Shown here one piece after another: positions 50,908-62,572 of a stretch of 64,000 nt of DNA (positions are counted from its first letter, which is position 1; the number at the start of each line of letters is the position of its first letter). Made by a program: the position numbers and the translations under genes. Under the pieces are notes generated by a model, which saw only the letters and a program-made list of their open reading frames with translations, was not told where the DNA came from and did not search any database. The DNA is from Podarcis vaucheri (taxonomy: Eukaryota): assembly GCA_965113315.1 (NCBI GenBank), contig OZ220368.1. One strand, written 5' to 3'.

Positions 50908-51177
50908 AGCCGGCTCATGGGAGCCTTGTGGTCAAATCGCCAGGTTGTTGGCGGTGTAGGGCCAGTGGAAAGGGCTTCAGCAAGGTAACTGTAGCTGTGT
51001 GTTGTGCACTGTGGGAGATCCCCTTCTGCTCTCTTGGAGCGGGACTTCCACTTCTCAACAACGAGTTGGTGAGACTTCGGGCCTGTGATAGCCTCAGTCC
51101 AGATTATGGGCCCCTGTGGGACTTTCATCTGGAATTTTCTAGACTTGAAGGCCTTACTGACAGCTACTGTAGAAAGC
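50908..51177 (-). CDS. Candidate internal coding exon of an unidentified gene (270 nt, phase 2/2)
   Basis: Acceptor TCTTCCTACTTGCCAG|G and donor CT|GTGAGT. Open in only one frame (LSTVAVSKAFKSRKFQMKVPQG...WRFDHKAPMSR), and that frame stops immediately past the donor. No homologue recognised. Confidence 0.3.
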
Positions 51178-51346
51178 CTGGCAAGTAGGAAGATCATCAT
51201 ACTCAGCATTCGTATGGCTCATTTCAAGCGTTCAAAGTTCTACGCAAATTTATCTGGGTCGTCCTTATGACTCAGTTCCTTTTTGACTCCTGATTGGCCA
51301 GCAGCCATGTATAGCCCAGTGTAGGATAGATCAAATTCCAGTCAGG

Positions 51347-51546
51347 GAAGGGCCACAGCTTTGTAGCAGTTCAACACGAGCTTTGTAGGCAAAAGGTCCC
51401 TGATTCAATCTCTGGCATCTCTACATAGGGCTGGAAAATACTTCTGTTTGAAACCCTGGAGAGCTACTGCTAATCAGTGCAGGCAGTAGTGAACTAGATG
51501 CAGGAAAAGATGATCCAACTCAATATAAGGCAGCTTCCTATGTTCC
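51347..51546 (+). mobile_element. Squam3-like tRNA SINE
   Basis: AAAAGGTCCCTGATTCAATCTCTGGCATCTC...GAAACCCTGGAGAGC...CAGCTTCCTATGTTCC. Confidence 0.7.
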
Positions 51547-54500
51547 AGTACTGCACATTTTAAAAATATATACTTTTGGTGACGTAGGCAAGCAAGTCGG
51601 GATGGCTCTGCTGCTTAAACTACCTTTCTCACCCCCAGACTCCCCTACTCCCTCACCTGTTCCTCAAGCTCCAAATGGATCCTGACTCCAGCTCTTAGCA
51701 CCATGGGCTACCATTGCTTCTAGCTTTCCACTCCAATTCTGCCTGTGGGAAGACAGGCCTGATACATAAACAGCCTGCCTATTACCCCATACCCCACAAG
51801 TATCCCGGAAAACCATGGGACATCCCATTATTTCCTGTGAGAGCATGGCAGCCATTTTTGGCACCCTTATCTTGTGCAATTTTGCGCCGGGATCTTGCCC
51901 AAGAAAAAACACTTTGGGGGGGTGCAATCTCACACACTGCCCCAAAAATGTGTGTTTTGGGGTGCCATGAGAGCACTGCCCTAAAAAGCATGTCTTTTGG
52001 GCTCTGTGGTCTTGTGTGGGTCACATGATTTGTGTGGGAGCTCAGACAGGAAGACATGCACCCCAGTTTTGGGGCCCAACATGCAGGAGGGTATGCTACC
52101 CAGTAACGGAGATTAACTTCATTATCACAACTGCAAGAAACCAAGCAAAACTTACTAATCAAGGTTACTTTTTTCTGATTTGGAAACAACCCTTGGAGAA
52201 GCAGGCCACAACTCTACCTTGGTATTGTGGATCAGAGTTCATTACCATGCAATCATCCATATTTTTCAGTGTTTTGTATTGTAGTAGTTGCTTTTAATAA
52301 TTAGCATTTCTATTCCACCTGGTACAAAGCCAAAACAAATGCTAACACAAACCTAAAAAGCATAAAAAAGCAATAAAATTATTTAAAGCAACGAGCAGCA
52401 GCAGACACCGCAAATACAGTGGCAGCCAGTACTGTGCTTCCAAGTGTCATTTGGAAGAATGATTTTCAAACATCCTTTAACATCAGTACAGCAGGAAGAC
52501 GACAAACAGGCTTCCCAGGGGAAAGAATTCCAAATTCTGAGGAGGCTGTTTCCTGTGTGGTCAGGAAAACATGGAGCAACAATCAGTGTGACTGGGCAGG
52601 CTTAGATTGGACGAGAGAGCCCTTCAGTGATTCTGGGACCAGGCTATTGTATAGTTAATTTATTGTTCTCTAAATTCAAAAGTGGTTCTAGTTTAGAAAA
52701 TGCACAACAGGTTAGTCCCCTTGTGTGCATACTAATCCTGCAGTGAAGAAATGAACTTACACGTCTTAGTATTTTAGATTACAATGATTACAGTGATAAC
52801 AAACAAACAAAAATCTTTGAGGCTGCAGATTTAAGAATCTGAAGCAGCAAAGAGACAAACTGTTCTTAATATCAGTTAGTTATTTGACCAATTTCCTTTT
52901 GACTTCCAGAAATAAAGAATGGAAAGGAAAGAAATTATAAATGCTGAATATTTTATACATCGAAGTGACCCAACTCATCTATTATCCCAAAGAGACCAGA
53001 TTTTTAACACAGTTCTGTAAATAATAATCAGATATTGTTCGGATTGTGGTCTGAGCAGAGCATATAATGGCTTATTATATTGTTTGTGTCATTTATTGTT
53101 TTCTCCAGAATGTTGTCTGCATCTCTTTTTATTTGTGAAATGTTGAATTGCAACAAGCAGCACTGATCTGTTGTTTAAAAACTTAATTTGTGAGATTGCA
53201 AAAGATAGTCCCTCACCCGCCAAAAGTGTAGTGATGGTTGGCAGCAATCCAGAGGCCTGTGTATTATAGCATAATACTAGAGAAGACGTTTCAGAAACAT
53301 GGGGTCCCAATGATTGTGGAGATATGCTGGCATGTGTGATGGTGGGGTCAGGCGGTGCTCCCAGAATGGAGACCTCTAGTGCCACCTTGTCGTTGCTCTT
53401 TCACTGGAAGCAGTGTGCAAAATTCCAGTGGATATATTGCTTTGTGTGTTTGTCTAGCCTGCCAAGTAGTCCTCACTACTATTCAGGGTATTATTGTGAT
53501 GCGTGAGAGAGGCAATGCACCTGATCATGTCCCTTGAGCAGTTGGTATCAGCAGTTGCCGATTCTGGTCAGCATTTTTAATTTGCTAAAACTAAATTGTC
53601 ACCTACAATTCTCACCAGGTTTAATTAAAAAAAAAAAGACAAAAAGGTAAGTTGAAACTGAATCTTTAGTAACTGATTTGGAACAGATGCTACATGTTGA
53701 CTCCAAACAGTCCCTCCCCCCTCCAAGGTGTGAAAGGAGAATAAAAAACTAGAATCTTGACTGCCTTACATTTTTAACTAACTTCACTCCTAGGAAAGCT
53801 TGCACCTTTGAGGTGTTACATTCCACTATGATGGTACCATGAAAAGGAAGAACATGCAAAGAAACGTTTTGTGGGCCTCTGCCAGTAATACTGACATTTT
53901 CTGCTTCGTACCAAGATTTCCTAAGCATCTCTTGGCACTACAATAACATCTTCAACACAAGATTCATTCATTTCCTCCTCATACAACCAGCAGGAAGCAA
54001 CAGGCAGCTCTTGGGAGAAATCCAATCTGTGGGTGACTGATTTCTGTCTTGCCAGATTTGTCTGCTGCTGTTTCGTACCTGGAAGTGACAGAGAATCTGC
54101 CATTTCACAAACAGCCTCATTCCCGCCCCCCAGCTTCCTCTCACTCGCTTGGAATGGTTTTTGAGCCAACTTTTGGGATTCTAGCTTTAGAGAAAACTAA
54201 GGCTTTGGAGTGTGTGTGTGTGTCCTGTGTATGTAGATTGGGATGATAAAATAATGTAGTGGAAAAATGAAGGGAGGCAACCGTTCACAACTGCTTGTCC
54301 TTGGGAAGTACATTTTTCTAAGTATTCATTAGTTCAAACTATGCCTTTCGTTAGGACAACCACCTCATTTAATTGGCTGGATTGTAAGAATGAACTTCAG
54401 TGTGGATCCTCAAACTACCATTATGACCTTATAGGAGGAAGGAAGCTGTTCAAGAAGACAAGGACTGCTGTGTTGAGTCAGACCGGTTCTTGCTCAATGT

Positions 54501-55931
54501 TAGCTTTCTATCAACAATGAGGATGAGATGGAGGAATTCTAGGAAGCAACAGTCAAAGATAGCCTATCTCTGCAAATGAAGACTGCATTTTTGGCAGTCA
54601 TGTATTATAACCATATATGTTAGGTGGGCAGAATACATCCTAGGGCAGTTCCACAGATGAAACCATGCATGTGTCTAATAAGCATTTCCTTTTGCTGGGT
54701 TTTAGTTGACCTTGTGCAACCTCAAGAGTTTTGTTCTGGATGACAGTAGTGGGGAGAAGTCATGCTCTACATTCTGGTAAAATGCATGGAACTTTGCCTT
54801 GCTATTTCTTTTAAGCCTTTCCAAGAGCCCATTTGTTTAAAACAGGTCAGGGCAGTATAAATGAAATTTTCAAAAGCAAACAGATCTGAAGGCATGACAC
54901 ACTGGTAATGGTGGTCAAAGGTGAATACACAAAACCATTTCTCAAACGGAAAGCACTACCATATATGTAACACAAATGTGCATCTTATCTTCATGCTACG
55001 CAACCAATAGACCATGTAGATATCTTGGAATCTGACTGTGTTATCTTAAGTGCACACCCTTTGAGGCGGTGACCCAGAACGTGTCCCTCACCTATTGACT
55101 TAATGCAAATGAGTATCATGATGGAAGTCATGTTGAGTTTCACCCAATGCCTTCCTCCTTTCTTCTTCTAACATTAGGGTATTCCTTGTGATGTGGATAT
55201 TAACCTGTGGCATGGTTCTATTGGCTGATATGTTCCATGACTGTGGAACTGCTCCACACAGGGCCAGAGGCAGGGGGCGGGGTGGTATGTGACTGCTCCA
55301 CTTGGGACATATTAACTGGGCCATTGCCACAAGCTGTCTACCCAGAGGACAGTGCTCACTCATACCAAACATGGTCCTTGAGGTGGGTTAGGATGAAAAA
55401 AGACAGTAGGTCAGGGTTGTGCTTTTGCTTCTGGTAAGCAACAAGGAAATGAGATCAATCCAAAAAGATGAGTGAATGTAGACATGACAGTTATGATGCC
55501 ATCACATTAGAGTTTTACTCATGAATATATAGTCACATTAAAATGAATTTGCAGTAATTATATTGGGAAGCTTATTGCACTCAGAGCATCCTTCTAGAAA
55601 CCCTGACATCCCAGCATCTTCCATTTCACTTCCCCACAACTGCTGCCCTAAACACTTCCTGTGTTGTCAAAAATAGGTGGCTTCTATTTTTGGTTGTCAT
55701 TGACACTTGACAGGGCCTTTTCAGTGGTGGTTCCCCATTTGTGGCATGCCCTCCCTGGTGAGTTGTGTCTGTCTCTGTCATTATTGACTTTAGGAGGAAG
55801 TTGAGCAGGACATTTTGCTTCGGGCAGCAAAATGTCTAGGGCTGCCCCTGCAATTCAGTATAAGGCAGCTTCCAACCTCTGTAACCGAGATAAAATTTAC
55901 CACGTAGCTATCTTCACGTAGTTCTTCACGT

Positions 55932-56727
55932 AGAGAACTGGGCAAAAACAAACAAGATGAATTTTAACAGGGAGAAATGTAAAGTATTGCACTTGGGCAA
56001 AAAAAATGAGAGGCACAAATATGGGTGACACCTGGCTTGAGAACAGTACTTGTGAAAAGGATCTAGGAGTCTTGGTTGACCACAAACTTGACATGAGCCA
56101 ACAGTGTGACGCGGCAGCTAAAAAAAACAATGCAATTCTGGGCTGCATCAATAGGAGTTTAGCATCTAGATCAAGGGAAGTAATAGTGCCACTGTATTCT
56201 GCTCTGGTCAGACTTCACCTGGAGTACTGTGTCCAGTTCTGGGCACCACAGTTCAAGAAGGACACTGACAAACTGGAACGTGTCCAGAGGAGGGCAACCA
56301 AAATGGTCAAAGGCCTGGAAACGATGCCTTATGAGGAACGGCTAAGGGAGCTGGGCATGTTTAGCCTGCAGAAGAGGAGGTTAAGGGGTGATATGATAGC
56401 CATGTTCAAATATATAAAAGGATGTCACATGGAGGAGGGAGAAAGGTTGTTTTCTGCTGCTCCAGAGAAGCGGACACGGAGCAATGGATCCAAACTACAA
56501 GAAAGAAGATTCCACCTAAACATTAGGAAGAACTTCCTGACAGTAAGAGCTGTTCGACAGTGGAATTTGCTGCCAAGGAGTGTGGTGGAGTCTCCTACTT
56601 TGGAGGTCTTTAAGCAGAGGCTTGACAACCATATGTCAGGAGTGCTCTGATGGTGTTTCCTGCTTGGCAGGGGGTTGGACTCGATGGCCCTTGTGGTCTC
56701 TTCCAACTCTATGATTCTACGATTCTA
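55932..56727 (+). mobile_element. Young 5'-truncated CR1 LINE (end of ORF2 plus 3' UTR)
   Basis: ORF 56006-56650 has the canonical CR1 C-terminus ([46 protein letters not shown]). Terminal ATGATTCT-type repeats at 56711-56727. Confidence 0.96.
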
Positions 56728-57033
56728 TCAAAAAGGGGAAGTTGAACAACTAATGGGGGGGGGGAGATGCCAATAACCAAGTTCCACCCAGTAAACAAGA
56801 CTTTGTTGGAGATTGCTCTCTGTCATGGCCCTTAGCTACTGGGGCTGGGAAAGATGTTCCAGGCTACTGAGTATTTGATGCCTTATACACACTTACCTGG
56901 GAGTAAGCCTCACTGAACAGCAAGGGACTTATTTCTGAGCAGACATACATTGGGATTCAGGTGCCTTTGACTCACTCTTGTGACTCAGCAACAGTCTTGT
57001 GTTATTACTGTGGAACCAATATTGGGAGAAATA

Positions 57034-57292
57034 CCGTATTTTTTGCTCTATAAGACTCACTTTTTCCCTCCTAAAAAGTAAGGGGAAATGTGTGTGCGTC
57101 TTATGGAGCGAATGCAGGCTGCGCAGCTATCCCAGAAGCCAGAACAGCAAGAGGGATTGCTGCTTTCACTGCGCAGCGATCCCTCTTGCTGCTCTGGCTT
57201 CTGAGATTCAGAATATTTTTTTTCTTGTTTTCCTCCTCCAAAAACTAGGTGCGCCTTGTGGTCTGGTGCGTCTTATAGAGCGAAAAATGCGG
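57034..57292. mobile_element. Tc1/mariner MITE, family B copy 2
   Basis: TA|CCGTATTTTTTGCTCTATAAGAC...GTCTTATAGAGCGAAAAATGCGG|TA; ends match 36595-36974. Confidence 0.9.
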
Positions 57293-58479
57293 TATTTAAA
57301 AATTATTATGTTGAATTTTACCATGCACGGCAGAGGCAGGAAATGCAAACTAAATAAGGAAGTGACAAGCCAGGGCTGCATCTGATAAACCACTCAGGTA
57401 GGTTGTCCTCTTTCTCGAACTTGAGCAAACTCCACAAATCCTTAAGAGTACAATGAGCAGGGGAAGGAATTCTTCCAGTGAAAACCAGGCTGCTATCAGA
57501 GCTCGGAAACCATTGTGAGAATCCCTGCCTCGTGTCTTCTCTCGAAGTTAGCACTGCAGACACATCCGTACTACGTGCAGTGGCTCAGCTAGGCTGGGCT
57601 GTTGCAATCCTGTTGCAATCGCCACTGGGGAGAAGGAAAAGCTGTTAAGCCCGGCACGCTTACTCACACACCCTCGTCTTTGGAGGGAGCCTCTTCTCTT
57701 CTAAACTTCAATCTGTGGCACCTCTGAATGCAACACCCGATTTATTGACACAGCACCAAAGTCTTGAGAAGGGCTTTTGTTTAGCTAACACATTGACAGA
57801 ATGCTGCTGCTGCTGCTGCTATTAGTCAAGATGCTGAACAAACAATGAAAGGGCAGAGCAGGTGGTAAGAAGGAGGGATGAAGATGATCACAAGCCCGGT
57901 GATGCCACAGCAGTTTGGTGGGGAATGGGTGGTGGCCCAGGAAGCTGGGACCTCGGGGCTTGTACTGCAGACAGTTATTTCTGTGGGGGAATGGAAGAGA
58001 CTGTCGCCTAGACTGCTGTAGTGGCACTGGCAGGATGCAAGTTACTCAAACATTATGGGGGATGCAGAGGAGAGAACTGCTGCTGTGGGAGAAGGAACCT
58101 GGCTCCTCTGGATTCCCTCTCCTCTTCCCAATAACAGGCACTATTAGCCTGCTTCATCAATTTCACATGCAAGGGATGGTTTGCATGGTTTCCTACTCCC
58201 CTTTTCTTTTAAAAATGAATACCTGGGTGAATATTTATTTATTTAAAAATGTATCAGATGCAGGAGTGCCAACTTGAATAAAATATGGGGGGGCAGGTAA
58301 GATGGGGAGCAGGTAAGCCCCCCCATAATCGATCACATGACACAATACATGCACACCAGTTGAATGGCAATGCCATTTTTATGGGGGGGGGCTGCTAAAG
58401 ACCCCTTGCCCCCTTGGAGTTGGCTCCTATGAATTACTCTGGACGTTGCAGGGAGAATGGGTTATTGTCAGTCCTCACC

Positions 58480-58746
58480 AAGTGGAGGTAGTGATGGCTA
58501 CCAACTTGGATGGCTTTAAAAGACAAGTTCATGGAGGATAAGACTGTGAGGAGGTACTAGCCACTATGGCTATGCCGTATCTCCACTACTGTAGGCAGTA
58601 AGCCTCCAAATACCATTTTCTGATCATGTCTGTTGCACTGAGGTTCTGCTTGCATCTTTCTCATAGGCATGTGGCTGGCCGATGTGCAAACGGGACCTTA
58701 GGGCTAGATGGGTCTTTGGTTTCATCCAGCTGGGCTCTTCTTATGC
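58480..58746 (+). mobile_element. CR1-related 3' fragment
   Basis: GTGATGGCTACCAACTTGGATGGCTTTAAAAGACAAGTTCATGGAGGATAAG...GGGCTAGATGGG...TCTTCTTATG. Confidence 0.65.
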
Positions 58747-59153
58747 TCTGGCCATGGTTTTCAGGAGAGTCGTCTGTGTTGCAGGGGAAACAGTAACAAC
58801 GAATTTGTTGCTCGCATCATCACAGGCATGGAGTGACATCCTCAGCTGCAAGTACCAAGCAACGAGGTCAGAGGAAAATGAAATGTGACAATCCCAATGT
58901 ATAGAAGGAATGCATGCAAAGAAAGTATATAGTGTTCCACCGCAGTTGTTCTATTAACTCCGCATTAATAAGTTGAGTGTTTTTATCACCTTTCGCTTCT
59001 TTAGGAAAGGGTTGCTATACTTATTTTGCATGCATTCTGGTCCTAATTGAATTGTCACCATCTGTACTTTTTACATTTCATTTTCCCATCGCACTGCTTC
59101 CACACACACCACGGTCTATATACACCGACAACCAAGGATTACAATTCCTGCCT

Positions 59154-59225
59154 CATTCAGACGAAATGGACATTAGACCATGAAAGTTTATGCCATAGTA
59201 AAGGTACTTGTAAGGTGCTGCAAAC
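59154..59225 (+). mobile_element. Degenerate Penelope-like terminus with a decayed hammerhead
   Basis: CAT-T-CAGACGA-A-ATGG...CCAT-GAAA-GTTT-ATG, then TAAGGTGCTGC (compare TAAGGTGCTAC in the 9081 insert). Confidence 0.5.
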
Positions 59226-59524
59226 CTTGCTCTTGCTTTACTGGTCATGGGCATTATTCCAATAAGTGTCTGCTACTGTCACTCCAACCCAAACTGCAGC
59301 GCCAGCCGTGTTTATGGGGGCAATTTCAGATTCTCCAGCATCCAGTTTAAAAACCCTGCAAAACTGGTTTGTCTAGAGACACAACAGCCTCTAGCCAAAT
59401 AATGGAGCATGGCAACAATTCAGTTTCCAGCATGAACCTGTCGACACTGCTGCTCCCAGACACAACAACATTACAACAAGGAGCACAAAAGCAGTCCCTG
59501 ACAACATCTGGTTCCCAGAAATTT

Positions 59525-59525
59525 T

Positions 59526-59556
<31 letters not shown>

Positions 59557-59560
59557 CGCG
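59525..59560. repeat. (TG)12(CG)6 alternating purine-pyrimidine tract
   Basis: Read directly. Confidence 0.95.
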
Positions 59561-59659
59561 TTTCTCTCCGAAGGCTAGAGGAGAGGGCTGAAATCTGTAT
59601 ACGGCTCTGCGGGGCAACAGTAGATAGCAAATATGGGGCTCAATCTCTTCATTGATTAA

Positions 59660-59890
59660 AGGTAAAGGGACCCCTGACTATTAGGTCCAGTCGTGACCGA
59701 CTCTGGGGTTGCGGCACTCATCTCGTTTTATTGCCTGAGGGAGCCGGCGTACAGCTTCCAGGTCATGTGGCCAGCATGACTAAGCTGCTTCTGCTGAACC
59801 AGAGCAGCGCATGGAAATGCTGTTTACCTTCCCGCCGGAAGGTTATCTACTTGCACTTTGACGTGCTTTCGAACTGCTAGGTTGGCAGGA
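59660..59890 (-). mobile_element. 5'-truncated Sauria SINE
   Basis: Near-identical to 21136-21376; possible TSD GATTAA (59654-59659 and 59891-59896). Confidence 0.92.
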
Positions 59891-60029
59891 GATTAATAAC
59901 CTACAAATCACCATTTCCAGCCCTAGAGCTCAGTGGCTGCCAATCTAAGCTAACATGCAAGGATAACATAGTCTTATTAAAAATAATAAACAATCAAAAT
60001 CTTTTGAGCAATGAGAGACACATGCTTCT

Positions 60030-60130
60030 TTCCCTCATTTTATCCTCACTGTGACCCTGCAAGGTAGGCCTATTTGACAGTAACAGGACAAAGGTCACCT
60101 AGTAAGCTTCATGATTGACTGGAGGTTTGA
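60030..60130 (-). mobile_element. MIR/CORE-like SINE fragment
   Basis: CATTTTATCCTCAC...AAGGTCACCTAGTAAGCTTCATG...TTTGAAC; similar to the 35275 copy. Confidence 0.55.
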
Positions 60131-60229
60131 ACAGTAGCATCTACCAAAACTTGCTCAGTAGCATCCATCATCACACCTGCAGCCCACAAGGCAATTCTTG
60201 GTTACTTGCAATTGGCTTGTAGCTTAATT

Positions 60230-60722
60230 TAAATCAGCTTCCTTGTTTTATAGAAGCTTGGTTGTAAGACTGACTTCAAGGATGTTGTACCATGCAACAA
60301 AGGATACCACAAACTTGAACTTATAATCTGCATCAGCAAGGGCCTTAGCTTCAGTTCAGGAAGTATTTCCAGATAAATCGTTTAGGCTTGTGTCATCAAG
60401 CATCTCTATTAAAGCATCATATATACTTCCAAGATGATAGCTCAGTGGTTTCAAAGCATCAATGTGACTCTCCCAACTTGTTTCAATCAATGGCTTAACA
60501 GTGATGCCTAAGTCTGATACATGGCCAGTGCAAAGAAATAATTATAGACCTGTTGAACCAAACTGAAGAAACCATTTGCTTCCAGACAACATTTAACAGG
60601 CATCATTGACTACCAAGTTTAAAAGGTGTGCATTACAGGGCACAAAAAGTCCTGTGGACTCTCTTTTGCACACTATTTTCTTTGCCTTTCATGTTACTTC
60701 CATTATCCTAACCTTGAACATG
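60230..60722 (-). pseudogene. Fossil hAT (Tip100/ZMYM1-like) transposase fragment
   Basis: Minus-strand pieces in the expected order, with stops and frameshifts: QG*DNGSNMKGKENSVQKR, FVPCNAH/LNLVVNDA, FFSLVQQVYNYF, ITVKPLIETSWESHIDALKPL..LGSIYDAL, EAKALAD..KFKFVVSFVAWYNIL. Confidence 0.8.
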
Positions 60723-60924
60723 CAGGTTCTCAATTGGTAATCCCATTTGCTCAAGCCGTTCAAGAAGTTTGTGTTACTGACTGCATTCAGGATGGGAAAA
60801 CTTTGGCCCTCCCTATGTTCTTCAATGACAGTTCCCATCATCCCTGACCATTGGGCCATGCTGGCAGGGTCTAATAAGAGTTGGAATCCAGCATTTGGAG
60901 GTCCACAGGTTTATTTCCTGCAGG

Positions 60925-61287
60925 CAGGGCAGGGCTGCAGGCAGGGCTGGATTTAGGTTTGATGAGGCCCTAAGCTACTGAAGGTAATAGGGCCCTTTAT
61001 ATGTCTAGCTGTCCTTTGTCAACAACAAATTGTTGCTGTTTTTTGTGTCGAGTATATGCTATATGGTAATTTATGGACCTAATAGGTATCTAAAGCCATT
61101 TGTACATAAATAGGAGCCTACACAACACAAAACACTGTTGCTGTATGTAGGTTTTATTTTATTTGTTTTTTATCTTATACTTTGAAAATGTACATCCAGT
61201 GGTTTTTTTCTTTAATTCCTCCCCCCCCCCCCCGAGAGTGGGGCCCTAAGCTATAGCTTGTTTAGCTTATACGTAAACCCGGCACTG
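60925..61287. mobile_element. hAT-type non-autonomous element
   Basis: 8-bp TSD CCTGCAGG (60917-60924 and 61288-61295); imperfect TIRs CAGGGCTGGATTTA and TAAACCCGGCACTG; subterminal GGCCCTAAGCTA repeats. Confidence 0.8.
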
Positions 61288-62308
61288 CCTGCAGGCTTTT
61301 ATTATGGACATTTATGCTGGATTGGCTATCTAAACATCACCCCCACACCATGCTTAATGTAAGGGATTAGGAAAAGAGAAAACAAAAACTGAACGTGTCT
61401 TAAAATGGAACAAAGATGAGCCCAGCTATTATTTTCCCAGACATTTATCCTTCTCTGTGGTTTAGCTAGCTTAGGCCAGCCTAAAGCTGAATTAAAGAAC
61501 CAATGAAGGGTGGCACCTTGCAAATGATTCCCAGATCTCTGAATGTTGTACTTTGTTCCTTTTTCAGAATGTCGTCTCCAAGTCACTGTCCTTCAAAATT
61601 AGACCATTTGGGGGTGTCCCTTCTTGTACTGCTTAGTTCCACCTTAAATATAGGCAGAGATTTAGGCTGTTTCCAGATGCAGAAAGGCAAGTGAAATGGC
61701 AATCGTCTTCCCACATTATCAAGAGTATTATGCTTTTTCCTATAAGCTGGCTCGCACATAACACAAAGCCAAACCATGACTTAGTGTAAACACATTAAGT
61801 GTGAAGGCTCCTGGAAGAGATGGAGGCTCCTGCGCCCCTCCCCAGATTCTCCTGCTGCGAAGCCATGGTTTGACTTAGCTTGTCTCCTCCATCAAGTTGT
61901 AAACTCAAGAACAAAACTTTGCTGCAAGTGGAGCAAAGGAAGAAGACAAACCTTGAGCCCAGGTTGAGCTAAGTCAAGCCAATGGTTTCGCTGACAGCAG
62001 CAGCAGGACCAGAGCAGGAGCAAAGCTGCCACAATGTCGTCTTTAGGTCAGCATCAGGGCTTTTATTCAGGGGAGACTCACCAGAACGCAGTTCCAGAAC
62101 CTCTCAGTTGGGTGTCATTGCTATTCTAAGAGAAAGAGGGAGGCATTCATGGTGAGAAAAATAGCACTGCAAAAAGGGCTCCTTATGTACATCCCACTGT
62201 TTTTCCTGGATGGAATGCTTGAACTCTGATGGTGACTCTTACTTGCTTGAATGGAAGACAGGAGGGCTGTGTGAGTGAGTGTTGAGTGCTGTGCGCAGGT
62301 AAAGTTTA

Positions 62309-62572
62309 TGTTATGTACTGAAGTTCTCACCCTGGGCCAGCAGGGGGATACTGTAGATAGTTTTCACTCAGGTCCACATATGCAAATAAGGAATTGAAAG
62401 TGACCCTCAGTGATTGGATAGTTACAGAAAGTGGTTACTGTTGCGTTGTAGTGGAGCTCTATATAAGCAGGCTGGCTGAACCCTTCAGTTCAGTTCTGTT
62501 CTGGCCTGTGAATAAACAAGAGCTGTTTGAAGAATCGCTGTGTCGTCTGATATGCTCACCCACAACTTAACA
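62309..62572 (+). mobile_element. Solo LTR (264 bp)
   Basis: TGTTA...TAACA termini; 5-bp TSD GTTTA/GCTTA with one mismatch; TATATAA (62460-62466) followed by AATAAA (62511-62516). Confidence 0.8.
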
